Shown here in pieces: positions 1 to 9,209 of a stretch of DNA of 64,000 nt. This stretch comes from an uncultured Actinomycetes bacterium (lineage in GTDB: Bacteria > Actinomycetota > Thermoleophilia > Gaiellales > Gaiellaceae), in contig CAWGBO010000006.1 of the NCBI GenBank assembly GCA_963820845.1, positions 137,838 through 201,837 on the forward strand, given 5' to 3'. The notes beneath the pieces were generated by a model. That model saw only the letters and a list, made by a program, of their open reading frames with translations. It had not been told where the DNA came from and did not search any database. Numbering within the stretch: position 1 is the stretch's first letter; the number at the start of each line of letters is the position of its first letter. A program made the position numbers and the translations under genes.

Positions 1-2
1 AC

Positions 3-167
3 AGCGGCTGCGCCAGCGGCTGTGGCAACGAGGTCAGCTGGATCGTCGCCAGGTTCACGGTCTCGTACAAGGCCGTCTCCTACGAGGACCAGCTCGCGAT
101 GTGCATCAACGTCACCGGCAACGGTGCCTTCGCCGCCTGGAAGGGAAGCAACCTGGGCGGCTGCTGA
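3..167 (+). CDS. C-terminal end of a Cys-rich protein (partial; 5' end outside window)
   Basis: Frame is open from the window edge to TGA at 165-167. Codon third positions are almost all G/C. Translation: SGCASGCGNEVSWIVARFTVSYKAVSYEDQLAMCINVTGNGAFAAWKGSNLGGC. No family recognised. Confidence 0.45.
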   Translation, partial: SGCASGCGNEVSWIVARFTVSYKAVSYEDQLAMCINVTGNGAFAAWKGSNLGGC

Positions 168-228
168 GAACGACCCCCCGACGGCGCGGGCGGGCGATCC
201 GCCCGCGCCTCCCCGGCCCGAAAGGAGG

Positions 229-786
229 ATGGGAATGACGACACCGTGGATCGTTGCGTTCGCGCTGCTCTGGGTGACGGTTGTGACGATGGCCATCGTC
301 GTCGTCGGACTCGCCCGTCGCATCGGGCCGGCCGGCGTCGCGGTAGACGACGGGCTTCCCGTGGGCGCGCCGGTCCCGAACCTGGCGGGCTCGGCGCTGG
401 CCGGCACGTGGCCCAGGCGCCGGCGGTGGGCGATCCTGTTCGTCTCGGCCGGCTGTCCGCCCTGCGAGGCGCTCGCCCGCGAGCTCGCCCGGAACGCGGC
501 GGACGGGCTGTCCGTGCCGCTGTTCGTCGTCGCTCGCTCGGGCACGGAGCTCAGCGTCCTCGGCGTGCCCGAGAGCCTTCGGGTCGTGCAGCCGCAGGGA
601 GAGCTGTCACAGGCGTTCCGGACCGCCGCGACGCCGACGGTGTTCGTCCTCGGCGAGGACGAACACGTCGCCGCCCGCGCCCACCCGGGCTCGTTCGCCG
701 AGCTTGAGGCGCTTCTCGACCCGCAGTCCCCGATCAAGGAGGAACGACAATGGACGACACGCGCAGTTCCCGTCTCGGGTTCGTGA
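229..786 (+). CDS. membrane-anchored thioredoxin-fold thiol-disulfide oxidoreductase (TlpA/ResA/MauD-like)
   Basis: ATG 229 is preceded by AGGAGG (223-228). It has an N-terminal TM helix (WIVAFALLWVTVVTMAIVVVGL) and a CxxC motif in FVSAGCPPCEALAREL. The 22-228 part of the tracked ORF overlaps the upstream gene and looks non-coding. Confidence 0.75.
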   Translation: MGMTTPWIVAFALLWVTVVTMAIVVVGLARRIGPAGVAVDDGLPVGAPVPNLAGSALAGTWPRRRRWAILFVSAGCPPCEALARELARNAADGLSVPLFVVARSGTELSVLGVPESLRVVQPQGELSQAFRTAATPTVFVLGEDEHVAARAHPGSFAELEALLDPQSPIKEERQWTTRAVPVSGS

Positions 787-1115
787 AGGTCGCAGGCTCG
801 CTGTTCGCAGCCGGCGTGGGCGCCGCCGCGTTTCCGACCCTGGCGAGTGCCGGTCGCGGACTCCCCGACGACCGGCCGATGCACCTCGAGGCAGACGTGG
901 CCTACCGGTTGGTGGCCCGGCCGGCCGGCAAGCGATCGACCGCCGCGGCCGCAGCGACCCAGGCGATCTGCTGCCCCACCGGAGCATGGTGCGTCGACGC
1001 GAACGGTGGCCGGAGCGGCTGGGCCAATCGCTGCTCGGATCGATGCGGCGACTTCTTCTACTGCACGCACGACAAGCAGTCGAGCTGCTTCCCACTGCCG
1101 GAGCCGGGGTGCTGA
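750..1115 (+). CDS. small secreted Cys-rich protein (121 aa), function unknown
   Basis: ATG 750 has AAGGAGG 7 nt upstream. The signal-like N-terminus is SRLGFVKVAGSLFAAGVGAAAFPTLASA (AxA site). There are 8 Cys in the last 50 aa (AICCPTGAWC..RCSDRCGDFFYC..SSC..PGC). The stop overlaps the GTG of the next gene. Confidence 0.6.
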   Translation: MDDTRSSRLGFVKVAGSLFAAGVGAAAFPTLASAGRGLPDDRPMHLEADVAYRLVARPAGKRSTAAAAATQAICCPTGAWCVDANGGRSGWANRCSDRCGDFFYCTHDKQSSCFPLPEPGC

Positions 1116-1597
1116 TAGTCGCGGCGCGGTTCCTGCTCGGGTTCACGCTGCTGCTCGCGTGCATCCCCAAGCTGGCGGCGCCCGCGGCCTTCGCCGATGC
1201 AGTCGCGCGCTATCGGATCCTGCCGCCGCGGGCCGCCCGGCTCGCGGGCCGCGGCATACCGATCTGCGAGGCGGCACTCGCCGCCGGCCTGATCCTCGGC
1301 GTCGCGGAGCGCTGGTGCGCCGCGGCGTCGGCCGTGCTTCTCCTCGCGTTCGCCGTCGCGATCGCGACGAACCTCCTCCGCGGCAGGGCGATCGAATGTG
1401 CGTGCGGCGCCCGGCCCGGCGACAGGATCAGCTGGCGCCTCGCCTGCCGCGACGTCCTGCTCGCCGGTGTCGCCGTCGCGGTCGCGGCGCGGGCGCCGCA
1501 TCCCGCGGCCGTCACCGACGCGATCGCGCTCGCGGCGGCGAGCGGTCTCGTCGTTCTGCTGGAGCTGCTCGTGTCAGAGCTCGTCTGGCCGGTCTGA
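1109..1597 (+). CDS. MauE/DoxX-family redox-associated membrane protein
   Basis: GTG 1109 overlaps the upstream stop (GTGCTGA). The protein is polytopic and hydrophobic with an ECACG motif, and resembles MauE-type proteins overall. The upstream part of ORF 704-1597 is overlap shadow. Confidence 0.7.
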   Translation: MLIVAARFLLGFTLLLACIPKLAAPAAFADAVARYRILPPRAARLAGRGIPICEAALAAGLILGVAERWCAAASAVLLLAFAVAIATNLLRGRAIECACGARPGDRISWRLACRDVLLAGVAVAVAARAPHPAAVTDAIALAAASGLVVLLELLVSELVWPV

Positions 1598-2455
1598 CGG
1601 CGCAGCGGGCTCCTCCAGCACGATCAGGATCGTGCCGTCGAATCCGAGCGCGCGGGCGACCTCGACCACGAGGCGCGTCCTGCCGGGTCGCCCGGCCCCG
1701 ACGGTGGTCGCTTCGCGCAGCGAGGCGTCATGGCACAGGATCGAGCGCTCGAGCTCGCGCAGCGCCTCGCCCGGCTCCAGCGCCAGCTCCTCGAGCAGCA
1801 GACCGCGCGCGCGACGGTATCGCTCGAGCGCCTCGCTCTGCCTGCCGCTGCGGTAGAGCGCGATCATCAGCTGCCGCCAGAGGCCTTCGCGGAGCGGGTG
1901 CCTGGAGGTGAGCACCTCGAGCTCGGGGACAACCTCGGTGTGCCGTCCGCAGGCGAGGTCGGCGTCGATTCGGGCCTCGAGAGCGCACACCCTGAGCTCC
2001 TCGAGCCGCCGTGCCTCCGGCGCGAGGGCGTGCCCGACGTCGAGGCCCGACATGACGTCACCGCGCCACAGAGCGAGCGCGCGCCGCAGCACCGCTGCCG
2101 CCCGGCCGCTCTCGCCCTCGTCCAGCGCGTCCGTGCCCTCCTCGAGCAGCTGCGTGAACCGGCTGGCGTCGAGCTCGTCGTCGTCGACGGCGAGCCGGTA
2201 CGCACCGCCGACCCGATCGATGCGGTCGACGCCGACGACCTCCTTTCGCAGGCGAGAGACGTAGCCCTGGACGAGGTTGTCCGCAGTCTGCGGCGGCGCG
2301 CCGTCCCAGAGCGCCTCGATCAATCGCGGCGCCGGCACCGGCCTGTTCGCATTGAACAGAAGCGCGGCGAGGAGCGCGCCCGGCTTCCCGACCGGTGACA
2401 GAGGCGCCGCTGCATCCCGTTGCACCTCGAGCGGGCCCAGGAGACGAAAGTCCAT
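1574..2455 (-). CDS. SARP/AfsR-family transcriptional regulator (OmpR-type winged helix + BTAD domain)
   Basis: MDFRLLGPLEV...GKPGALLAALLFNANRPV...LIEALWDG...LVQGYVSRLRK is followed by a BTAD-like helical region (ALALWRGD...LEELR...YRSGRQSEALERYRRAR). I prefer the internal ATG at 2455 over the tracked start at 2602. Confidence 0.8.
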   Translation of the reverse strand: MDFRLLGPLEVQRDAAAPLSPVGKPGALLAALLFNANRPVPAPRLIEALWDGAPPQTADNLVQGYVSRLRKEVVGVDRIDRVGGAYRLAVDDDELDASRFTQLLEEGTDALDEGESGRAAAVLRRALALWRGDVMSGLDVGHALAPEARRLEELRVCALEARIDADLACGRHTEVVPELEVLTSRHPLREGLWRQLMIALYRSGRQSEALERYRRARGLLLEELALEPGEALRELERSILCHDASLREATTVGAGRPGRTRLVVEVARALGFDGTILIVLEEPAAPSDRPDEL

Positions 2456-2600
2456 CTGGCCGCAGAGGTTAGAAACGACGCCCGGGAGCGACAAGATGCC
2501 GATCACGACCGTGGCGGCGCACGACACGGGTGCAGGCTCTTCAAGCGCCATTTCGCGGCGCCGCCAAATGTGATTCACTCCGTGGGTCGAGAGGAGGGTC

Positions 2601-4415
2601 ATGCTTCGCAGGCCGCCGCTGTCCCGCTCCCTCCGTGTCCCCCTCGCCGCCGCCGCGGTGGCCCTGCTCTTGCTCGCTCTGCCGGCCTCGAGCCGGGCGA
2701 CGCCTCGGGACGTCTCGCCCTGCGTCCTCCCGTCCGCGGCGCCGCTCTGGATCGACTACGGCGACGCCTTGACCACCAGCGTCCGCGACGTGCTAGCGCG
2801 GCCCGGTGTGATCGTCACCTCGGGCGGCAAGCCGATCTCGGCCTACTACCGGGCCCATGGCGCCGCCACGACGTTCTTCGAGCTGCACCTGCCGAGTCTC
2901 GTCGGCCAGCCCGCCACCCCCGCCGACCCGGCCTCGATCCCGGACGCCGCCGCCAAGCTGGTCGGGCAGGCGGTCGCGACGGCGGGCTGCTCGACCCCCG
3001 AGATCGCGCTCAACGAGCTGTTCGGCTCCAACGCGACGGCGCCGTGGACGCCGACCAACGCCACCTATCGCGCGAACGTGCTGGCGCTGATGCAGGGGAT
3101 CGCTGCGGCGGGTGCCTACCCGGTGCTGTTGATCCACGGCGCCTACACCATCGCGGGTGCGACCGCCGACTGGTGGAGCCAGGCCGCGCAGAGCGGGGAG
3201 ATCGTCTACGAGGCGTACTACGACGCCTCGCACATCTCCGAGCTCGGGCCGCTGATGGGAAACCGGCGGATGCGGCGCGGGATCCGGGGGTTCGCGCGCG
3301 ACTTCACCGGGGTCGGGATCCCGCCCTCCCGCCTCGGCGTGATGCTCGGCTTCCACAGCCTCGTGCAGCCGGGCATCGGCGGCCGCCAGGGCCTGCAGCC
3401 GCCGGAGGCGTGGCTGCGCGTGGTCAAGTGGGAGGCGCTCGCTGCGCGCCAGGTCGCGTCGGAGACCCGTCTCGCCTCGATCTGGTCCTGGGGCTGGGCC
3501 GACTTCAGCGCTCCTCCCGACCCGGACAAGGCCGCCGCCGCGTGCGTCTACCTCTGGACCCGCGACTCGACGCTCTGCGACGGCCCCACGGCCGCAGGGC
3601 CGGCGTTCAACACCTCCGTCGTCGAGGGCCAGATCGTGCTCGCGCCCGGGATCCAGTGCTCGCTCGCCGGCCACCGGGTCCGGACCGCGGCCGTGACCGA
3701 GCTCGCGGCCCTCACCCGGGACGCGCACACGGCACTGACGGCCCTGTTCGGACGGGCCTCGCTCGAGACCGCCGCGTACGTCCCCGAGGCGCAGGTGCTC
3801 GCCGTCGAGCGCCGCGCGATCCAGCGCGACTTCCACGGCAGCCAGGCCGCCTACCTCGCTGCTCTCCACCGCCGCCACGCGACGGTCGCCGTCGCACGAG
3901 GCGTGATCACCGACGAGCTCCGCCGCCGCGCGATCGGCCAAATGCTCATGAGCACAAGCTCTCCCGGCACCGTGTTGCAGTGGACCGCCGACCGCGAGAC
4001 GGCCGCCGGGGACACCGCGATCTGCCTCCACGACGCGATGCCCGGCTACGGGAACTTCCCGGCAAGTGACTCACTCGAGATCGGCGTCGTGCCGCTGCCC
4101 GCGCGGCTCCCGTTCCTCTTCGACGACCGGATCGCCCCGGCTGCGCCTGCCGGCCTCACGGCGACGCCGGCGACAGGCCAGGTCGCGCTCGCCTGGGCCT
4201 ACGGCGCCGAGGCCGATCTCGCCGGCTACCGCGTCCTGCGCGGCGCCTCGGCCTCCGGCCCGTTCACGCTGATCAGCAAGACCCTGCTCGACCGGCCTGC
4301 GTTCGTCGACACGACCGCCCCTGCCGGCGTGCCGTCGTACTACGAGGCGCGGGCGATCGACAGCTCCGGCAACGCGAGCGCGGTCTCGCCGCCGCTCGCC
4401 GCGACCCCGGGCTAG
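2601..4415 (+). CDS. secreted protein with C-terminal fibronectin type III domain
   Basis: Signal peptide MLRRPPLSRSLRVPLAAAAVALLLLALPASSRA. The C-terminal FN3-like segment is PAGLTATPATGQVALAWAYG..LAGYRVLRGASASGPF..YYEARAIDSSGNAS. It is divergent from the SARP gene. Confidence 0.65.
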   Translation: MLRRPPLSRSLRVPLAAAAVALLLLALPASSRATPRDVSPCVLPSAAPLWIDYGDALTTSVRDVLARPGVIVTSGGKPISAYYRAHGAATTFFELHLPSLVGQPATPADPASIPDAAAKLVGQAVATAGCSTPEIALNELFGSNATAPWTPTNATYRANVLALMQGIAAAGAYPVLLIHGAYTIAGATADWWSQAAQSGEIVYEAYYDASHISELGPLMGNRRMRRGIRGFARDFTGVGIPPSRLGVMLGFHSLVQPGIGGRQGLQPPEAWLRVVKWEALAARQVASETRLASIWSWGWADFSAPPDPDKAAAACVYLWTRDSTLCDGPTAAGPAFNTSVVEGQIVLAPGIQCSLAGHRVRTAAVTELAALTRDAHTALTALFGRASLETAAYVPEAQVLAVERRAIQRDFHGSQAAYLAALHRRHATVAVARGVITDELRRRAIGQMLMSTSSPGTVLQWTADRETAAGDTAICLHDAMPGYGNFPASDSLEIGVVPLPARLPFLFDDRIAPAAPAGLTATPATGQVALAWAYGAEADLAGYRVLRGASASGPFTLISKTLLDRPAFVDTTAPAGVPSYYEARAIDSSGNASAVSPPLAATPG

Positions 4416-4439
4416 CACGGCGTTCGCGATACTCACGAC

Positions 4440-4871
4440 GTGATCACCGTCCACCCGGCCAGGCACCTGCTGCGCGCGAAGGACCTGGTCGACACGCGCT
4501 ACCGCGACCCGCTCGACGTGCCTGCGCTCGCGCGCGCCGCTCACGTCTCGCCTGCGCACTTCAGCCGGGAGTTCAAGCGCGCGTTCGGCGAGACACCGCA
4601 CCGGTACCTCCTCACGCGCCGGCTCGAGCGCGCCGCGGCGCTGCTCCGCAACACCGACTGGACGGTGGCGGAGATCTGCTTCGCCGTCGGGCTGAGCAGC
4701 GTCGGCTCGTTCACGACGAGCTTCGGGCGCGCCTATGGGCAGTCGCCGGCGGCCTACCGCGCCGCCCACCCGCCGGTCACCCGCGCCTGGACGCCGACGT
4801 GCATCCTGCAGGCATACGCGCGCCCGCAGTCGAGCACGTTTCGAGAAGACAGCGCCGCGCGCCCCCGCTAG
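4440..4871 (+). CDS. AraC-family HTH transcriptional regulator
   Basis: Dual HTH signature: LARAAHVSPAHFSREFKRAFGETPHRYLLTRRLERAAALL...VAEICFAVGLSSVGSFTTSFGRAYGQSPAAYR. Confidence 0.8.
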   Translation: MITVHPARHLLRAKDLVDTRYRDPLDVPALARAAHVSPAHFSREFKRAFGETPHRYLLTRRLERAAALLRNTDWTVAEICFAVGLSSVGSFTTSFGRAYGQSPAAYRAAHPPVTRAWTPTCILQAYARPQSSTFREDSAARPR

Positions 4872-4906
4872 CGTCGCAGCCGTCAATCGAATCGAGGAGG
4901 ACGGCG

Positions 4907-5320
4907 ATGCTGAAGGCGCTCTCACACACGCAGATCTGGGTCGACGACCAGGACGAGGCCCTCGCGTTCTACACCGACAAGCTCGGGATGGAGGTACGGG
5001 AGGACGTGACGAACCCCGAGGCCGGCGACTTCCGCTGGCTCAGCGTCGGCGTGCCCGGCCAGGACGTGTCGATCGCGCTGCTCGCGGTGCCCGGGCCGCC
5101 CTACTTCGACGAGGAGACGCGCGCCATGATCCAGGCGGTGCTGGCGAAGGGCATGGCCGGCGGGCTCGTGTTCGCGACCGACGACTGCAGGGGCGACTAC
5201 GAGACGCTGAAGGGCCGCGGCGTCGAGTTCACGCAGGAGCCGAACGAGGCGTTCTACGGCGTCGACGCGGGCTTCCGCGATCCGTCGGGGAACCAGTTCC
5301 GGCTGGCGCAGCTGCGCTAG
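4907..5320 (+). CDS. VOC (glyoxalase/bleomycin-resistance/dioxygenase) family protein
   Basis: ATG 4907 has GAGGAGG 7 nt upstream. MLKALSHTQIWVDDQDEALAFYTDKLGMEV... and ...YGVDAGFRDPSGNQFRLAQ are typical of the VOC fold. Confidence 0.8.
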   Translation: MLKALSHTQIWVDDQDEALAFYTDKLGMEVREDVTNPEAGDFRWLSVGVPGQDVSIALLAVPGPPYFDEETRAMIQAVLAKGMAGGLVFATDDCRGDYETLKGRGVEFTQEPNEAFYGVDAGFRDPSGNQFRLAQLR

Positions 5321-5479
5321 CCGGAGGGTTGATGTGGAATTCGGCCGCCGTCGGAGGGCGCTCCAGACCAAGCCGGGCAGTGCGGGCGGTCGTGGCGCGT
5401 AGCAGCGCTACGCGACGCGGCCGAACGTGCTGATCCGACGCCGTGTCTGGGGCGTCATCCGGCCCGCCCGCATTTCACG

Positions 5480-6619
5480 TCAGGCCTCCAAGTTGAACCA
5501 GCGGGCGCGGCGGTTCGCGCCGAACTCGTGCTTCTCGGCGACGAGGGTGCTGGACGGCGCCTGGAAGGTCCCGGTCGGCTTCGGCCCCGAGAGGAAGTCG
5601 ACGTCGACCCGCCCCACCCTGCCTCCGCCGAACTCGATGTAGCAGGAGCCGAGCCCGTCGTAGCCCCCGGGGCGGTCCGTGCCGCGGATCGCCCCGAGCA
5701 CCGACGCGGCGACGACCCGCGCCGCGCCCTCGGCGAACACGCCCGCCTTCGGCACGCCGATCGTCGCGACGTCGCCGACGGCGTACACGCCGGGGAACCG
5801 CGTCTCGAGCGTCCGCGAGTCGACGGGCACGTAGCCGTCTTCGGTGATCCCGCTCGCGATCACGACGTCGGGCGCGCGGTGCTTCGGAACGCCGAGGAAG
5901 AGGTCGTACGGCAGCTCGGCGCCGTCGTCGAGCACCGCGACACTCCGCGCCGGGTCGAGCGAGGCGACGCGCCGGCCGGCCACGAACTCGATCCCGCGCT
6001 CCGAGAACGCCTCGACGAGCGCGGCCGACGTCTCGGGCGACGGCGGTACCGGGGTCGAGAACGGGATCACGATCGAGAGCTCGCACTCGCCGCGCACCCC
6101 TCGCGCCGTGAGGTAGTCGTCGAGCAGGAGCGCGCACTCGCTCGGCGCCGGCGGGCACTTGAACGGCGCTCCGCAGACGCCGACGATCGCCCGGCCGCCG
6201 GCGAAGCTGGGCAGCACCTCGGCGAGCCGCGCGGCGCCTGCCAGGGAGTAGAACTCGTTGCCGCCCTCGGCGAGCCCGGGCGTGGCGTCGAGGTCGTAGT
6301 CCGCGCCGAGCGCGATCACCAAGAAATCCGCCTCGTACTCGCCCGCATCGGTGGTCACGCGCCGCGCCTCGGGATCGATCGCCGTGACCGTCTCCCGCAG
6401 GAACCGCACTCCGGGCTTCGCGAGCGCGCGGTACGGAAGCCGGACGGCGTCGAGCGTCGCGCGGCCGAACATCACGTCGAGCTTGGAGTATCCGAACACG
6501 AACGCGTCGCTGCGGTCGATCAGCGTCACGTCGATCTCGTCGCCGAGCGCGCCGGAGAGGACGGTGGCGAGCTCGAGCCCCCCGAAGCCCGCTCCCAGCA
6601 CGAGGACACGCGTCGTCAT
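5480..6619 (-). CDS. FAD-dependent pyridine nucleotide-disulfide oxidoreductase (sulfide:quinone oxidoreductase / NDH-2-like)
   Basis: N-terminal Rossmann motif VLVLGAGFGGLE, an FKCPPAPSE motif and a second dinucleotide region (VYAVGDVA). Intact 379-aa ORF. Confidence 0.75.
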   Translation of the reverse strand: MTTRVLVLGAGFGGLELATVLSGALGDEIDVTLIDRSDAFVFGYSKLDVMFGRATLDAVRLPYRALAKPGVRFLRETVTAIDPEARRVTTDAGEYEADFLVIALGADYDLDATPGLAEGGNEFYSLAGAARLAEVLPSFAGGRAIVGVCGAPFKCPPAPSECALLLDDYLTARGVRGECELSIVIPFSTPVPPSPETSAALVEAFSERGIEFVAGRRVASLDPARSVAVLDDGAELPYDLFLGVPKHRAPDVVIASGITEDGYVPVDSRTLETRFPGVYAVGDVATIGVPKAGVFAEGAARVVAASVLGAIRGTDRPGGYDGLGSCYIEFGGGRVGRVDVDFLSGPKPTGTFQAPSSTLVAEKHEFGANRRARWFNLEA

Positions 6620-6704
6620 CGGGCGATCATAAGGCTGCGTCCGACAGGCGTCCTAGCCTTCCCGGGGAACGGTTTGGTTCAACCATTAGGGAGGTCTGGA
6701 CCGG

Positions 6705-7394
6705 ATGGACAACATCCGCAAGTACATGGCCGAGCTGCTGGGGACGTTCGTCCTCGTGTTCGGCGGCACGACCGCGATCACTGCCGCGAATGCGGCGCAG
6801 CAGGGCATGTCGTTCAACCTGATGGTCGCGTTCGCGTTCGGTCTGTCGCTCCTCGCCGGCCTCTACTGGATGGCCGAGATCTCGGGCGGCCACTTCAACC
6901 CGGCGGTCTCGCTCGCGATGGTGCTCGACAAGCGCCTGAAGCCTGCCGACATGGTCGGCTACTGGATCTTCCAGGTGATCGGCGCCGTGCTGGCGAGCCT
7001 CGCGCTATGGGTGTTCACGAGCAGGGCGATCGTGAAGACCACCGGCACCTATCCGGGGCTCCCCGACGGCAAGACGTGGTTCGTCGAGTTCCTCTTCACC
7101 GCGATCTTCGTCGGGGTGATCCTGCAGGCGTCGAGCAGCAAGGGTTATGCGAAGAGCGCCCTCGTCTCGATCCCGCTCACGCTCGTCGCCGTCCATCTCG
7201 CGATCATCCCGTACAGCGGCTCGTCGGTGAACCCGGCGCGGACGCTCGGGCCGGACATCGTCGGCGGCAAGTGGACGGGGATCTGGATCTACCTCACGGC
7301 GCCGCTCGCGGGCGCGATCCTCGCCTTCCTGATCCACTCGCTCGTGATCAAGGGCGAGGCGCCCGGCTTCGAGGAGAGCTCCACCGGAGCCTAG
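6705..7394 (+). CDS. MIP-family channel (aquaporin/glycerol facilitator)
   Basis: Two NPA boxes (SGGHFNPAVSLA and GSSVNPARTLG) in a six-TM hydrophobic pattern. Confidence 0.9.
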   Translation: MDNIRKYMAELLGTFVLVFGGTTAITAANAAQQGMSFNLMVAFAFGLSLLAGLYWMAEISGGHFNPAVSLAMVLDKRLKPADMVGYWIFQVIGAVLASLALWVFTSRAIVKTTGTYPGLPDGKTWFVEFLFTAIFVGVILQASSSKGYAKSALVSIPLTLVAVHLAIIPYSGSSVNPARTLGPDIVGGKWTGIWIYLTAPLAGAILAFLIHSLVIKGEAPGFEESSTGA

Positions 7395-7417
7395 TCTCGC
7401 CGAGGTAGATGCGATGC

Positions 7418-7449
7418 GATGCGGGGCCGGGCCATACCGGCCCCGCATC
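7418..7449. terminator. GC-rich hairpin between convergent genes (putative bidirectional terminator)
   Basis: GATGCGGGGCCGG-gccata-CCGGCCCCGCATC is a 13-bp perfect stem. It sits between the aquaporin stop (7394) and the minus-strand stop (7454). There is no U-tract. Confidence 0.5.
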
Positions 7450-7453
7450 CGGC

Positions 7454-9194
7454 TCAGGCCGGCGGGCAGTCCCCCTGGGTCGACGTGACGGTCTCCTGGC
7501 CCGCAGCGCTCGCGGTGTCCCCGGGGGCCGCAGTCACGTCGGCGCCCGCCGTGTACTCGCCGTACTGGTTGATCGGTATGCGGACGAACAGCGACCCGTC
7601 GGCACCGAGCGTGAGGTTCTGGTCGCCGCCGGACACGACGCCCGGGCCGCCGACGCGAAGGTGAACCTGCGCCCCTGCGCGCGGCGGGACGGTGGTGACC
7701 TTCACGCAGACCTCCGACGACCCGGGGGCGATGTGGTGGTAGGTCATCGCCACGGTGACGTGGAAGCCGGTGCCGCCGGGCGGCGCGTGCGGGCGCGACG
7801 CGGCGAAGTTCGTCAACCCGGGAACCGTCTGGCCGAGGATCTGGCTCGCGTCGATCGCGGAGGAGCCGTTGAACGCGGAGACGAGGCCGTTCGCCAGGTC
7901 GGTGGCGCCCGGCATCGCAGCCCAGGTCGCGAGACCGGAGGTGATCGCGTTCGTGAAGCCGCCCGCCTGGTAGGGGTTCGTGACGTTCAGATTCACCGTC
8001 CCGCCGGTATTCGTCAGCACCGCGTTCGTCTGGGACACGAGCAGCCGGTTCCCGTTCGCGATGTAGCCGAACGACATCTGGTCGCTCCGGCTCGCGGCGA
8101 GGATCACCCGGAGGTTGCTCTGGTCCGACAGCTCGGCCCAGCGTCCGGAGAAGCACGAGTCGACCACGAGCTTGAACGTGAGGTTCATGTGCGCCTTCAT
8201 CACCTCGCGCACCCCGTCCGCGTCGAGCGTCGTGTGCTTGGTCACCGTCGTGATCATGAACATGGAGTTGAACTTGGTCTCGGTACTCGTCAGCGCGACC
8301 TGAGCGTGCGCGCTCTCGGGGATGTTCTGGCCGGGCGCGTTCGGATGCGGGAAGTTCGAGCCGACCGCCGGATAGCCGTGGGCGTCGAGGTAGATCACGA
8401 CGTCGGTGCACGCCGGAGTCGCACTACGACAGCTTCTTCACCTTCGCCTCGAGGTCGTTCCCACTCGTGGCGTTCTCGAGCGGGATGCCGAGCTTCTTCG
8501 CCGTGGCGTCGAGCGCGTTCAGGTCACCGGTGAAGATCGGGTCGACCGAGTCGCTCATCACGATGATGCAGTCGTTCGGGTAGCTCGAGATCGCGAGCCC
8601 GCGCCACGCTTCCAGCACGGCGCTGCGGACCTGCGCAGCCGCCACGCCCCGGGTCGCGGCCGACGCGCTCCCGGGCTTGACGCCGTGGGAGAACACGCGG
8701 TACCGGTTCGAGTCGTAGCCGGACGGCGCGATGAAGGCGGGCGCCTTCCCGTTGACGAGCGGCCACCAGGCAAGGGACTGCTTCCGCACGGCCTTGCCGC
8801 GCGCGTCGACGAGGACCAGCACGCTGGAATGCTCGAAATGCGCGTAGGGCGCCAGATCCATCCAGAACAGCCAGGTTCCGGCCGGGAGGCGCCTCTCGGT
8901 GTCGGTGAACGTCTGGATCGTCCCGATCCCGGCGGCGGTGACAGTCGTCTTCCCCCGACCGGACGGCCCGGGCCCGGCCTCGCTGACCGCGGAGCCCTTC
9001 GGCAGCGGGCGCGGCAACCCGAACACGATCACAGGTCCCGCGACCTTGCCGGCGCCGAGCGCCGCCAGTGCCGCCTTCTGCGCGGCGGGCCGCGACACGG
9101 CGGCGGCCGGCCGGGCGAACGCGAGCCCTGCTGCCACGAACACCGCGATGACGACGCACGCTGCCCTCAACCGCACAGGAGCACCATAGGTCAT
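7454..9194 (-). pseudogene. secreted clan-CD (caspase/legumain-like) cysteine peptidase-like protein, split by one frameshift near 8400-8425
   Basis: ORF 8424-9194 has a signal peptide and ends ...NDCIIVMSDS...AKKLGIPLENATSGNDLEAKVKKLS. ORF 7454-8398 continues (CTD)VVIYLDAHG...FKLVVDSCFSGRW. This gives hydrophobic strand+HG and hydrophobic strand+DSCxSG, as in caspase-fold His/Cys dyads. The two halves are separated by only about 25 nt in different frames. Confidence 0.5.
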
Positions 9195-9209
9195 GTCGCT
9201 TCCTCGCCG

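Noticed and set aside
22-228. N-terminal extension of the thioredoxin-like ORF (tracked start at 22)
   Set aside because: It overlaps the well-supported 3' end of the upstream gene in another frame. Its translation is Ser/Arg/Pro-rich junk. A strong AGGAGG-ATG start exists at 229.
750-1115. Calling the 121-aa Cys-rich protein the methylamine dehydrogenase light chain (MauA)
   Set aside because: Apart from the signal peptide and Cys richness, I see no match to the MauA Trp/Cys pattern as I recall it. No MauB-like heavy-chain gene is present.
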